DNA of 64,000 bases from an uncultured Bacilli bacterium (GTDB lineage Bacteria > Bacillota_I > Bacilli_A > RF39 > UBA660). The position numbers and the translations under genes were made by a program. How positions within the stretch are numbered: the first letter of the stretch is position 1; every line of letters begins with the position of its first letter. This document shows, piece by piece, positions 41,433-51,422 of this stretch. The notes under the pieces are model-generated. The model searched no databases, was not told the origin of the DNA, and worked only from the letters and a program-made list of their open reading frames with translations. The stretch is from NCBI GenBank assembly GCA_934162665.1, contig CAKPJN010000005.1, positions 17,529 through 81,528 on the forward strand, written 5' to 3'.

Positions 41433-42165
41433 TCACTATAGAATAACCAGTTTCAAAAATTTTTTTAGAAAGTGATATATCTCCTGTTTTCTTTATTTTA
41501 CCATCCATCATAACATGTATATAAGTAGGTTTTATATATTCAATTATCTTAGGATAATGTGTAATAATTAAAACAGATGCATCTTTATTATCAGCTAGAT
41601 AGTTATTAATATTTTGACAAACAACTTTTAAACTATCAACATCAAGTCCAGAGTCTAACTCATCCAATATAATAAATTTAGGCTTTAAAAGTTTTAATTG
41701 TAATATCTCATTCTTTTTCTTCTCTCCACCACTAAAACCACTATTTAAAGATCTATGTAACATACTACTATCAAGCCCTACATCACTCATAGACTGTTCC
41801 ATATCTTTAATAAATGTATATAAATTAACATGAGAATTAGTAACTTCCCCTAAAGCTGTCCTTAAAAATTCACTATTAGAAACTCCATCAATTACTGTTG
41901 GATCTTGCATACAAAGAAAAATACCCTTTTTAGCTCTAACGTCAACATCCATATCCTTAATAGATTCTCCATTAAATATTATATCACCGTCACAAACTTC
42001 ATATCCATAATGCCCCATAATAACTTTAGACAACGTACTTTTACCTGTACCATTAGGACCCATAATAACATGTATCTCTCCATCATTAATAGTTAATGAA
42101 AATTTATTTAGTATCTGTTTTGATGAATCTTTAACTTTAACATCAAGATCTTTTATTTCTAACAT
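41410..42165 (-). CDS. sufC: Fe-S cluster assembly ATPase SufC
   Basis: Walker A GPNGTGKST, signature FSGGEKKKNEI, Walker B IILDELDSGLD. Confidence 0.9.
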   Translation of the reverse strand: MLEIKDLDVKVKDSSKQILNKFSLTINDGEIHVIMGPNGTGKSTLSKVIMGHYGYEVCDGDIIFNGESIKDMDVDVRAKKGIFLCMQDPTVIDGVSNSEFLRTALGEVTNSHVNLYTFIKDMEQSMSDVGLDSSMLHRSLNSGFSGGEKKKNEILQLKLLKPKFIILDELDSGLDVDSLKVVCQNINNYLADNKDASVLIITHYPKIIEYIKPTYIHVMMDGKIKKTGDISLSKKIFETGYSIVSENDEDE

Positions 42166-42280
42166 TTAACCATCTCCAATATATATTATATAACAAAATT
42201 TCTAAAAAAAATGTTGTATTAACAAAGCAATCATATTCTATCATAATTTTAAAAAAAAAGAAACCCAAAAGGTTTCAAAA

Positions 42281-43789
42281 TTAAGCTACAAATCCTTTAG
42301 TATAAACATTATCAATCTCATCAGTATTACTTAATACTTCCATAGCTTCTTCTAAAGTATTACCTAACTGATTTCTACCAGCAATTTGTGGTTCTAAAAT
42401 ATCAAGTCTTTTTTGTTGGGCTTTAATAGTTTCACCTTGAGAATCTACCTTTTCAGATAACAGAGTTATTTTACTTGCATACTTTTTAACAATATCTTCA
42501 TATCTAAGAATCTTTCTTTCTAAATCTTCATTTTTATTATTCATATCTTCGCATTGACTAGTTAATTGTTGATTTAAAGTCTCTAAAGATTCTATTTTAC
42601 TATCTTGTTCACTAATTAAATCTTTTTGATTTCTATTTTGTTTTATTAATTTTTTCATAACATTATTTGCATTCTCTATAACAGTATCTGGTTCATACTT
42701 GTTATCAAATAAATTATTAAAATTATCACTATCAATATGATCTTTTTTAAACTCAGAAAAGTCAAGTTCCTTTTTATCATTTTCTAAAGGTATATTATCT
42801 TGAATTTTATTCTCAGAAGTAAAAGGTTTAAGAGTCTCATTCAAAGCATTAATACCTTTCTCTACATCCAATGAATTAGATAAATTAGCATTCATATTAC
42901 TAACTTCTTCATTTAAAGGCATACCTCCAGTAGGTAATTCTATTTGTTCATTTTCTACTTTATCTTGTACTTCTTCCGCATTATTATTTGGAATTTCTTC
43001 AGCAGGATTATTAACCTGATCACTAACTTCAGCACTTACAACTTGATTATTATCAAAAGCAGTATTAGTAGCAGAAATATTTGCTACATCATTAGCTATT
43101 TCTCTATCAATATCTTCTTTTGTAACACCTGTATCAGTAACATCTAACTTAGTATCATCATTAGTAACACTAACTTCTGTAGTTACATTATTATCTTGAA
43201 CTGGCAAATTATTATTTTGTACTGGTGCATTAATAGAATATTCTAAGATAGCATCATCTTTAATATTTTTACTATAATAAATAATATCTTCATCCATTGC
43301 TATATAACTATAATATCCATCAATAATAGGATTACCATTAATACCAAAAATACTAGCTTCACCAAATTGATTATTATATAAGAATTTACCATCCCTACCA
43401 ATTTTAGCATTCATTCTATCTTTTATATTAGCGGCAGTAGTAACTAACTTGTTAGCGGCAAGGGGATCAGTTCTATCTTTCATTGCAAGAACTACATTCT
43501 CACTAATTGGATTAGTTCTCTCTACTAATAATAATTGATCATTAATAATTTTAATACTTCTATTCTCAAAAGAAACTAAAACATCACCATTAGGATTAAT
43601 AAGTCCCAAAGATGTATTTTGAGCATGACCAATTGCCTCTTTTAAATTAGTAGTAGCTATAATATTTCCATTAGATAAAGTACCATTTTCTATAAAATAA
43701 TAAACAGTACCATCATCACAAGTCCCATAACTACAAACAACATCAGGATAACCTTGATCCTTTACCAAACCCTTTTGTATCTTCATCAT
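42281..43789 (-). CDS. Hypothetical protein: roughly 190-aa globular N-domain, low-complexity linker, C-terminal coiled coil
   Basis: No signal peptide. Heptad-rich C-terminus (…LISEQDSKIESLETLNQQLTSQCEDMNNKNEDLERKILRYEDIVKK…). Confidence 0.45.
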   Translation of the reverse strand: MMKIQKGLVKDQGYPDVVCSYGTCDDGTVYYFIENGTLSNGNIIATTNLKEAIGHAQNTSLGLINPNGDVLVSFENRSIKIINDQLLLVERTNPISENVVLAMKDRTDPLAANKLVTTAANIKDRMNAKIGRDGKFLYNNQFGEASIFGINGNPIIDGYYSYIAMDEDIIYYSKNIKDDAILEYSINAPVQNNNLPVQDNNVTTEVSVTNDDTKLDVTDTGVTKEDIDREIANDVANISATNTAFDNNQVVSAEVSDQVNNPAEEIPNNNAEEVQDKVENEQIELPTGGMPLNEEVSNMNANLSNSLDVEKGINALNETLKPFTSENKIQDNIPLENDKKELDFSEFKKDHIDSDNFNNLFDNKYEPDTVIENANNVMKKLIKQNRNQKDLISEQDSKIESLETLNQQLTSQCEDMNNKNEDLERKILRYEDIVKKYASKITLLSEKVDSQGETIKAQQKRLDILEPQIAGRNQLGNTLEEAMEVLSNTDEIDNVYTKGFVA

Positions 43790-43904
43790 ATAAACACCAC
43801 CTATTATTGAATAAATAATATCATAATTAATTATTTAAAACAAGAAGTAATTAAAATAATTTGATTTTTTCTACTCATTAATATAAAATTAATTTGGTGA
43901 TAAC

Positions 43905-44660
43905 ATGGTAAAAGAAAAAAGATTAACAATTGAAATGTTTATATTCTCATTTATAATCTTTGTCCTATTTGGAGTAATTATTATGAATGAGAAATTAGCG
44001 CCATTAAATACAAAGAAAATAGATCAAAGATTAAATGAATATATAAAAACTAATTATAAAGATATAAAAGATGAAATAAATATTGGAAAAACAACCTATA
44101 AAAATACAAAATATAGTTTAAAAATAACAAATAAAACTAATGATAATCTATATTTCTATCTATATTATTCAAATAAAAAAATAACAAGTACTTATAAAGA
44201 TGACTACTTACAAGGAAAAAAATTCTTACAAACAATTGAAAATAAAATAGAGAAAAAGATAAATATATTAACTAATAAAAACTACAAAGTAAAAATAAAA
44301 AATACTCTAGATAATTTTAACATTTATACAAAAGAAAAATTATTACAAGAAAAAAATTTAACAACTTTAAAAGTATATACTCTTATATTAGATATCACTA
44401 TACCTAATTTTACTGAACCAACTATTTGTAATAATTTAATAAATCTAGTAACTAATTTAGAACAAAATAATATAACTCCTAAACTTTATACTATAACAAT
44501 AACACTAAAAAATGACCCTACTAAGTCAATTCAAATAAACAATCTAACAAATGATTTAATTAAAAGTAATGATTTAAATTTAATAATTAGTGATATAATA
44601 AATAAGAAGGAAAGTAATATTTTAAAAAGCAATAATATTACTTATAAATACTTTAATTAA
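43905..44660 (+). CDS. Hypothetical N-terminally membrane-anchored K/N-rich protein
   Basis: One TM segment after the start. Coding periodicity. Confidence 0.4.
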   Translation: MVKEKRLTIEMFIFSFIIFVLFGVIIMNEKLAPLNTKKIDQRLNEYIKTNYKDIKDEINIGKTTYKNTKYSLKITNKTNDNLYFYLYYSNKKITSTYKDDYLQGKKFLQTIENKIEKKINILTNKNYKVKIKNTLDNFNIYTKEKLLQEKNLTTLKVYTLILDITIPNFTEPTICNNLINLVTNLEQNNITPKLYTITITLKNDPTKSIQINNLTNDLIKSNDLNLIISDIINKKESNILKSNNITYKYFN

Positions 44661-44671
44661 AGGAGAATATT

Positions 44672-45070
44672 ATGAAAGACTGTATATTTTGTAAAATAAT
44701 CGAAGGAACTCTACCTTCAAAAACCATTTATGAAGATGACTTAATAAAAGTAATTATGAATATAAATCCCTCTACAAATGGGCACTTATTAGTTCTACCA
44801 AAAAAACATTATGTAAATATTTTAGATATTGATGATGAAATTATCAGTCATAGTTTTAAAATAATAAGAGATAAATTATATCCTCTATTAAAAGAAAAAC
44901 TAAATTGTGAGGGATTAACTATTGCTGAAAACAACTTCTTAGGTCAAGAAATTAAACATTTCCATATTCACTTAACTCCAAGATATCAAAATGATTTAGC
45001 TGATTATGATTATAATAAGGACCTTTTAATTGATATAGATGAAGTTTATGCTAAACTAAACAAGAAATAA
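44672..45070 (+). CDS. HIT-family (histidine triad) nucleotide hydrolase
   Basis: HFHIHLTP histidine triad and the N-terminal CIFCKII motif. Confidence 0.85.
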   Translation: MKDCIFCKIIEGTLPSKTIYEDDLIKVIMNINPSTNGHLLVLPKKHYVNILDIDDEIISHSFKIIRDKLYPLLKEKLNCEGLTIAENNFLGQEIKHFHIHLTPRYQNDLADYDYNKDLLIDIDEVYAKLNKK

Positions 45071-45563
45071 CTGTATATAAGAAATCTATAACAAACAAAA
45101 TAAGTACTAAAATTGTAATAAATTTTGGTGCTTTTTTTATAATTTTATCAAGTATTGGTCTTATAAAATGAATAATTATTAATGAACACACTCCCCAAAC
45201 TAAGCTCATTTCTAAAGCAATATAATTACCAATATTAAACTTTAAATCACTATAATCCCAATATATCTCATGAAAAAACATCTCTATTAAATTGCCACCA
45301 ATAAATTCTAAAAGAGTAAGTAAAAAACTAACAATACCAAATATTAATATATTTTTCCACAATGAAGAAATACCATCTTTTTTTAAAATATAATCTCCTA
45401 CTAAAACAATTACAACTACACCAAATCCATATACAGGAACCCATGGACCAAACATTATTCCATTATTCATAGAATGAAAAACAAAAGTTTTTAACGAAGT
45501 TTCTATTAAAAAACCAAATATTGAAGAAACTAAAAATAAATTAATATAATACATAATTATCAC
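45051..45563 (-). CDS. Hypothetical integral membrane protein (5 TM)
   Basis: Hydrophobic 170-aa ORF. Confidence 0.4.
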   Translation of the reverse strand: MIIMYYINLFLVSSIFGFLIETSLKTFVFHSMNNGIMFGPWVPVYGFGVVVIVLVGDYILKKDGISSLWKNILIFGIVSFLLTLLEFIGGNLIEMFFHEIYWDYSDLKFNIGNYIALEMSLVWGVCSLIIIHFIRPILDKIIKKAPKFITILVLILFVIDFLYTVISCLV

Positions 45564-45631
45564 CTAGTATTATTATACCCAAAGAAAAAAAGAGTTAAAC
45601 TCTTTTATACTTAGCAACAAGCTGATCCACC

Positions 45632-45718
45632 TAAGATAATAGCAAGTAGAATGTATAAAACGATAATTATTATAAAGCCATTACTTCTCCTTGGTGTTGA
45701 ATTTTGTGAACATGACAT
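45632..45718 (-). CDS. Small hydrophobic peptide (28 aa as sequenced), second of a tandem pair of YjcZ-like sporulation peptides; possibly frameshifted
   Basis: GGAGGTG RBS then ATG gives MSCSQNSTPRRSNGFIIIIVYTFYLLLS-stop. The +1 frame after codon 20 would give ...VLYILLAIILGGSACC-stop, which is more YjcZ-like. Confidence 0.35.
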
Positions 45719-45731
45719 AACTTACACCTCC

Positions 45732-45812
45732 TTAAATATAAGCACCTAAAATTATTACTAAAAGAATGAATAATACTAAAACGATGGCTGAAGATGATAC
45801 ATAATTTCCCAT
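45732..45812 (-). CDS. YjcZ-family-like small hydrophobic sporulation peptide (26 aa)
   Basis: AAGGAGG RBS 7 nt upstream. MGNYVSSSAIVLVLFILLVIILGAYI resembles the YjcZ pattern (G...FALIVVLFILLIIVG...). Confidence 0.5.
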   Translation of the reverse strand: MGNYVSSSAIVLVLFILLVIILGAYI

Positions 45813-45945
45813 AGACTTTCCTCCTTTTTTATATGCTTTCATCTTATTTTATGGTTAAAACAGATTTTGTGTGATTATATATGCCGTATTTATTGCATGA
45901 ATTTTGTTTTTTTGTTATTATATATAGGTATAGGAGGAAAATATA

Positions 45946-46950
45946 ATGAAGAAAAAAAATATTCTATTAACAGTGACTGCTATATCAATTGCATCTTTAT
46001 TAGCAACAGGTTGTGGAAAAGAAGCTAAATTAAAAAATGGTGAAGAAAAAGCAGTATCGTTAAAAAACACTACTATTAGTGCAAATCAATATTATGATGA
46101 AATTAAAACTGAAAACATCGCTAAATTAGTAGATATGATTGATCATAAATTATTTGATAAAAAATATAAAACAGATAAAGAAGAAACAGAAGCAATAGAA
46201 AACAAAATAAAGCAAATGAAATCTTATTACAATACAGATGAAAAATTTCAAAATGCAATCAGTCAATTCTTCGGAGTTAATAGTGAAGATGAATTAAAAG
46301 AAGTATTATCTCTAGAATATAAAAGAAATTTAGCTGTTGAAGACTATGTAAAATCAACTCTAACAGATAAAGAAATAGAAAATTATTATAACGATAATAT
46401 AATTGGTGATATAAAAGCAAGTCACATTTTAATTAAATCAGAAGCAAGCACAGACGCAACTGATGAAGAAAAAGAAAAAGCAGAAAAAAAAGCTTTAAAT
46501 AAAGCAAAAGATATTATAAAAAAATTAGATAAAGGAGAAGACTTCGCAAGTCTTGCCAAAAAATATTCAAAAGATACTGGTTCTGCTGAAAGCGGTGGAG
46601 ATTTAGGATACTTTAGTGCAGATGAAATGGATGAAGATTTTGTAAATGCTACAAAAAAATTAAAAAGCAAAGAATATACAAAAACACCAGTAAAAACACA
46701 ATATGGTTATCATATAATTTTAAAAGTTGATCAAAAAGAAAAACCATCATTAAAAGACTCTAAAGAAAAAATCAAAGAAACTCTAGCAACAAATAAACTA
46801 AGTGCTGATTCATCACTACACTATCAAGCACTAATTGAAATAAGAGAAAAGAAAAACATAAAATTTAATGATGATAAGTTAAAAAAAGCATATGATGATT
46901 TAATGGATAAATTAATTAAAAATGCATCAGCTTCAAATAAAACAAACTAA
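45946..46950 (+). CDS. prsA: Foldase lipoprotein PrsA (parvulin-type PPIase)
   Basis: Lipobox LLATGC and the parvulin domain (ASHILIK...GGDLGYF...GYHIILK). Confidence 0.8.
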   Translation: MKKKNILLTVTAISIASLLATGCGKEAKLKNGEEKAVSLKNTTISANQYYDEIKTENIAKLVDMIDHKLFDKKYKTDKEETEAIENKIKQMKSYYNTDEKFQNAISQFFGVNSEDELKEVLSLEYKRNLAVEDYVKSTLTDKEIENYYNDNIIGDIKASHILIKSEASTDATDEEKEKAEKKALNKAKDIIKKLDKGEDFASLAKKYSKDTGSAESGGDLGYFSADEMDEDFVNATKKLKSKEYTKTPVKTQYGYHIILKVDQKEKPSLKDSKEKIKETLATNKLSADSSLHYQALIEIREKKNIKFNDDKLKKAYDDLMDKLIKNASASNKTN

Positions 46951-46976
46951 AAAGTCTCAAAATCTGAGACTTTTTT
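46950..46976. terminator. Bidirectional rho-independent terminator (agtctca-aaatc-tgagact flanked by A- and T-runs)
   Basis: Perfect 7-bp stem between convergent prsA and the downstream minus-strand membrane-protein gene. Confidence 0.6.
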
Positions 46977-48396
46977 AATTAACCTTTTTAAATAAATATA
47001 ACCCATTATCACTAACTAAAAGTTTATAATCATCATTATCTTTTAAATAATAATAAATAGAAAATTTAGAATCGACTAAGAAATAATCAAACTTATATTT
47101 ATCAATTAACTTTCGATAGTTTTTACCCAAATTAGAAATAGATATATAATCAGAATAATTATACTTAGAATATAAATCACATCTGCCATCTACAAATACA
47201 CTAATATCTTTATATATAAGATAACCACCATAATCATAATTATTATATAATCGTTTTGGAGACTTCCTCTTTATAACAGAAATTATATTATCTGAAACAA
47301 GCTTTTGATTAGTATTACTTAAAATAACCTTATAATCTAAAAAGAATGCTAAACATAACAAAAGAGAAAAAATTATTAAAACTAAAGAACTACCTTTATC
47401 ATACTTCCTATCAGAAATATAATTAAATATAAAATATGTAGCTATAATATAAATATATATCCAAAAACGAATACTTTTAAGTCCTAAAAATAACGCTACT
47501 AAAAATAGTATAAAATCTATTAATTGTATTTTTTTCTTAGAAAATAACATTATAAAAAATATTAAAAGACATATTATAAAATATGGATAATGTGACCAAG
47601 TATTTAAACTACTACTCTGCCACTCAGCTATATTACTTAACATTAAATTATCAGCCATATTTTGATATGGATATAAAAGCATCTTTATACCATGAGGATT
47701 AATCATAATAGCTAATATACACAAAATAAATACTGTACCATACTTTAAGATTTGTTTTTTAGAAAGTCTAGTTGCTTCTATTTTTGAAAATTTAAATTTA
47801 AATAATCCACAAATCATAAATATTAAACAGAACAAATAACTAAGATTACTACTTCCACCATGAATATTAGCCCACAAAATTGTTACAATTGGTAAAAAAT
47901 ATATTTTCCTTGAATTAGGATTTTTCCACAAATCATATAAAGAATAAATTGTAAAAGCTAAAAATAAATAACTAAGCATTTGTGGTCTAGGACTAATTAT
48001 TCCTCCAAAAAAGAAAAATATAACTATCCAAATCATAGTAAAAGGAATATTCTTTAAATAATTTTCCTTATTATTTAAAAACAACATTAATAATAATGAA
48101 AAAGTAGTAATAAAACAATATACCAAAACATGCTTATTTGTAATTAAACTAAGTTTATAAATTAATACCTCAAATAACCATTCATGAGACATCCAATATT
48201 TAGAATAACAACTCCAAGAAAAAATATCAGTATTTAAAATAGTATTATTATCAATCATATATTTACCAGCTTTAATATGCCAGAAATAATCATTATCACT
48301 AATACAAAACTTAAGCATAACTAAAGAAAAGAAAAATATTAAAATAATAAAAGATAAAAACACTTTATGTTTAACAAAATAATCTTTAATTTTCAT
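46975..48396 (-). CDS. Large polytopic membrane protein (putative GT-C-like glycosyltransferase/polymerase)
   Basis: About 13 TM segments and a C-terminal soluble domain. Confidence 0.35.
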   Translation of the reverse strand: MKIKDYFVKHKVFLSFIILIFFFSLVMLKFCISDNDYFWHIKAGKYMIDNNTILNTDIFSWSCYSKYWMSHEWLFEVLIYKLSLITNKHVLVYCFITTFSLLLMLFLNNKENYLKNIPFTMIWIVIFFFFGGIISPRPQMLSYLFLAFTIYSLYDLWKNPNSRKIYFLPIVTILWANIHGGSSNLSYLFCLIFMICGLFKFKFSKIEATRLSKKQILKYGTVFILCILAIMINPHGIKMLLYPYQNMADNLMLSNIAEWQSSSLNTWSHYPYFIICLLIFFIMLFSKKKIQLIDFILFLVALFLGLKSIRFWIYIYIIATYFIFNYISDRKYDKGSSLVLIIFSLLLCLAFFLDYKVILSNTNQKLVSDNIISVIKRKSPKRLYNNYDYGGYLIYKDISVFVDGRCDLYSKYNYSDYISISNLGKNYRKLIDKYKFDYFLVDSKFSIYYYLKDNDDYKLLVSDNGLYLFKKVN

Positions 48397-49141
48397 AATA
48401 TAATCCCTTCTGATATAATTTTTCTTTAATTTTATACTCTAATTCTTTATCAGAATACTTTTTACTTAATTTTCTATATAATTTATCATATTCCTTTTTA
48501 TAAATATCAACGTTATTAGAAAAATCATATTTATTAAGTTCATTTGTAATTAAAGAATGATCATAACCTAAATTAATTAAATCAGTTAAAATCTTTTTCT
48601 TTAACACTACTCCACCTCGAGTTTTGTTACTCTTAATTAACTTATTAATAGCTTTGTTAATTCTTTCTATTTGTAAATCATTTGTAAAAATAGATATGTT
48701 TTTATCAATAATATTACTATCAATTCCTTTAGTTAATAATTCTTTTCTTAACTTAAAAGGTCCTTTGTTAGTAGTTATTATCTGATTATTAATATAACTT
48801 ATAGAAAAAAGATTATCATTTAAATATCCCTGTTTCAACAACTTACTAACAGCTAACTCAACATTATCAATCAAATAACCATTTTTTAACAAACTATCAG
48901 TCAATTCTTTAACACTTTTAAATCTGCTTTTCAATGATTTCATTCCTACATAATAAACATCACATAAGTTATTATAATTATTTATTTCTTTTTCCTGCTC
49001 AATAGATATTTCACCTTTTAATAACAACTCATATTTTAAAATAGATTCTTCATATAATAAAATTTCTCTATCATCATCTAAAAAAAGTTTATATTTACCG
49101 TTTGACAGTCTCTTATACTTTAATATTTTCATAAGTATCAC
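48386..49141 (-). CDS. recX: RecX-family regulatory protein
   Basis: Three-repeat helical RecX architecture (KSVKELTDSLLKNGYLIDNVELAVSKLLKQGYLNDNLFSISYINNQ). Confidence 0.55.
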   Translation of the reverse strand: MILMKILKYKRLSNGKYKLFLDDDREILLYEESILKYELLLKGEISIEQEKEINNYNNLCDVYYVGMKSLKSRFKSVKELTDSLLKNGYLIDNVELAVSKLLKQGYLNDNLFSISYINNQIITTNKGPFKLRKELLTKGIDSNIIDKNISIFTNDLQIERINKAINKLIKSNKTRGGVVLKKKILTDLINLGYDHSLITNELNKYDFSNNVDIYKKEYDKLYRKLSKKYSDKELEYKIKEKLYQKGLYYEN

Positions 49142-49171
49142 CTATATAAATTATAGCACGAAAAAAGAAGT

Positions 49172-49375
49172 TTACACCTCTTTTTTTATGGTTATTAATC
49201 CTTCACAAACTTCCTCTAGTGCACGTCCAATGTTTTTTTCACATTCATATTTGCCCTCAGGCATTTGAAGATAACCATCCTTAGAAATTTCTTTACTACG
49301 TCTTGCAGCAATATGAACTAATTGATATTTGGAATCAACTATATTCAATAATTTATCAATAGACGGATAAATCAC
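49172..49375 (-). CDS. rpoZ: RNA polymerase omega subunit
   Basis: MIYPSIDKLL..VDSKYQLVHIAARRSKEI matches the RpoZ N-terminus. Confidence 0.8.
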   Translation of the reverse strand: MIYPSIDKLLNIVDSKYQLVHIAARRSKEISKDGYLQMPEGKYECEKNIGRALEEVCEGLITIKKEV

Positions 49376-49643
49376 TATATCACACTCCCTATTATTATAA
49401 TAAACTTAATATTATAAACAATCAAGGAATATGACAAAATTAGACACTATTATTTACAATATTTTTTTCGACAATTTACATCAAGATTTACTATCTAAAT
49501 TGACAGCAAGATCCACATTGAACATTACTTACAGTATTTTCCTCAGAACATGTATATTGTGGTCTATAAGTATGTTTATAAACATGATGATTAATTATTC
49601 TAGTATGTATTGGGCAAACATGTCCTTGTCCATTTTTGATAGA

Positions 49644-49985
49644 CTATTCTTCAATACATGCATTTAACAATGTAATTATACTTATAAAATCATTATCACT
49701 TAATTTTTCTACAAATTTTAGATTTCTAATTTCATAGTCTATACTTCTTATGTGTTCGCATAAAACAGAACTATGTATCTTTTTCGTATCTTCTAAATTA
49801 TAATGAGTAGGAAATTCTTTTTCATTAGACATAATAGGACATACTATAACCATTTTAGTATTTTCATTAAAAACATTATTACTAATTACAACAACTGGTC
49901 TAAATCCTGATTGTTCATGCCCTTTTGTTGGATCAAAATCTAAAAAAACAACATCACCTTGTTTAGGAATATATTTTTTTACCAT
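49644..49985 (-). CDS. mazF: MazF/PemK-family endoribonuclease toxin
   Basis: KQGDVVFLDFDPTKGHEQSGFRPVVVIS...MVIVCPI. Confidence 0.8.
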   Translation of the reverse strand: MVKKYIPKQGDVVFLDFDPTKGHEQSGFRPVVVISNNVFNENTKMVIVCPIMSNEKEFPTHYNLEDTKKIHSSVLCEHIRSIDYEIRNLKFVEKLSDNDFISIITLLNACIEE

Positions 49986-50221
49986 ATTTCTTTACCTACA
50001 CATTCATTCCAATAAAAATCTTTAGCCAAATTTTTCCCTTTATATTCCTTAAACCTATCAGCTAATGAGATCTTTTTCTTCTTTGGAATACTAATAACTA
50101 TTTTGTCATCTTGTTGCTCTATATTTAATATATCATTAGTTTTTATATTTAAAGATTTTAAAATACTACTTGGTATTCTTATGCCATCTGAATTACCCCA
50201 TTTTTGAATTCTCGCCTCCAT
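49979..50221 (-). CDS. mazE: MazE/AbrB-fold antitoxin
   Basis: RIQKWGNSDGIRIPSSILKSLNI (SpoVT/AbrB swapped-hairpin). It overlaps the mazF start. Confidence 0.75.
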   Translation of the reverse strand: MEARIQKWGNSDGIRIPSSILKSLNIKTNDILNIEQQDDKIVISIPKKKKISLADRFKEYKGKNLAKDFYWNECVGKEIW

Positions 50222-50339
50222 GCAATCATCTCCAATCTATTCATAGTATATCAATGTATATACATTTGTCGATTACCTTTCACTAATTATTATAATTAAT
50301 TATATTCTTTTCATTAAAACTAACCTTAATATTTATAGT

Positions 50340-50510
50340 TTTATCTTCAAATATTTCTATTCTATCAATTAAATTGACTATTAAATTTCCACCTGAACTT
50401 TTCATAGATAAAATTTATTTATATATTCATCAATTGACTTATTTTTAGTATTTTCATTAACTTTATCATTTGCTACATTATTAAATTCACTATATTTTTT
50501 ATTTTATACC
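50340..50510 (-). pseudogene. Decayed duplicate of the 3' end (last roughly 75 codons) of the adjacent serine recombinase gene
   Basis: About 170 nt alignable with 51440-51620: ttcatagataaaatttatttatatattcatcaattgacttatttttagtattttcattaactttatcatttgctacatta versus ttcatagataaaaactgatttatatattcatcaattaacttatttttggtagtttcattaactttatcatttgctacatta. Its translation NVANDKVNENTKNKSIDEYINKFYL-stop is cut short relative to the intact copy. Confidence 0.7.
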
Positions 50511-50516
50511 AAATTT

Positions 50517-51422
50517 TTAATTACTTTCTATTAAATTATTTTCTTCAATATATTGATAAGGAAGTGCATTATCCTTACTAATAACTGAGTCTCCTAATTT
50601 CTTTTCGATATCATCACGAGCTACTTTTGCGACTTCGCCACCCATTTTAGCAATCTTTTTATTTTGTTCTAATCCTAAAGGTCTATGCTTTTTTGCTAAC
50701 TCTCTTGTTGATATTTCACCTAAATCAGCAAGTGCTACTTCAATATCACTCATATTATCTCTTAGCGATTCTTTTCTAAGACCTTTATACTCTTTATATT
50801 TTTTAGCAGTCATCCCTGACCATTCTTTATATATTTCATTAGTTAAAATAGCATACTCAACTTCTTTCGTTACTCCATTACTATTCCATACATCAGTTAA
50901 TTTTTTTCTATCTTGAATGCCTTTAATTCTTTTAATAATCCAATCTTCATCATAACCCTTAGCTCTATATGTATCCATTGCCCTTTGAACTGAAAGCGAT
51001 GGATCAAAAGTTTCATCAATTCTTTCCTTACCAAGTTTAGCCAACCAAAGTTTCACAGGTTCAGCATTTTTACTAGGTATTGATTCAATTATTCTAAACA
51101 TTCCCTCAATGTCAACTACATCAGTTAAACGATATTTACCATCTTGTGCTTTTAATTTCAACTGTCTAGTAATACTAGACACTTCAAAACCTTCTTCCTT
51201 TTGTAATTTGTTTTTCAACCAATTCCAATATTTTCTAGGGCTTTCACTATCTGATAAAGTTCCAGCAATATCAACAACGCTGATATAATATTTTTCCTCA
51301 TTCTTATTCCAAATAGTTCTAATTGTTTTTCCACCAAATAACTTATTAATTAAATACATTTTTTCTTGATTCATCATCATACCTCCTAAATTCATTATAC
51401 CAAACATTTGTTCCTCATTCAA
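50517..51422 (-). CDS. Bro-N domain protein (phage anti-repressor / DinD-like family)
   Basis: N-terminal Bro-N-like block (IRTIWNKNEEKYYISVVDIAGTL...KLWLAKLGKERIDE). It overlaps the recombinase stop by 8 nt. Confidence 0.5.
   Translation of the reverse strand: MNEEQMFGIMNLGGMMMNQEKMYLINKLFGGKTIRTIWNKNEEKYYISVVDIAGTLSDSESPRKYWNWLKNKLQKEEGFEVSSITRQLKLKAQDGKYRLTDVVDIEGMFRIIESIPSKNAEPVKLWLAKLGKERIDETFDPSLSVQRAMDTYRAKGYDEDWIIKRIKGIQDRKKLTDVWNSNGVTKEVEYAILTNEIYKEWSGMTAKKYKEYKGLRKESLRDNMSDIEVALADLGEISTRELAKKHRPLGLEQNKKIAKMGGEVAKVARDDIEKKLGDSVISKDNALPYQYIEENNLIESN

Noticed and set aside
40534-43147. Small plus-strand ORFs (40534-40740, 41905-42096, 42944-43147)
   Set aside because: All lie antisense within sufS, sufC and the 502-aa gene. 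Their products are low complexity.
46422-46670. 82-aa minus ORF inside prsA
   Set aside because: Antisense shadow.
49431-49667. 78-aa plus ORF between rpoZ and mazF
   Set aside because: No RBS, and it overlaps the mazF 3' end. I also tested a Cys-rich minus-strand frame here (…VCPIHTRIINHH…QCGSCCQFR) but found no in-frame start codon.
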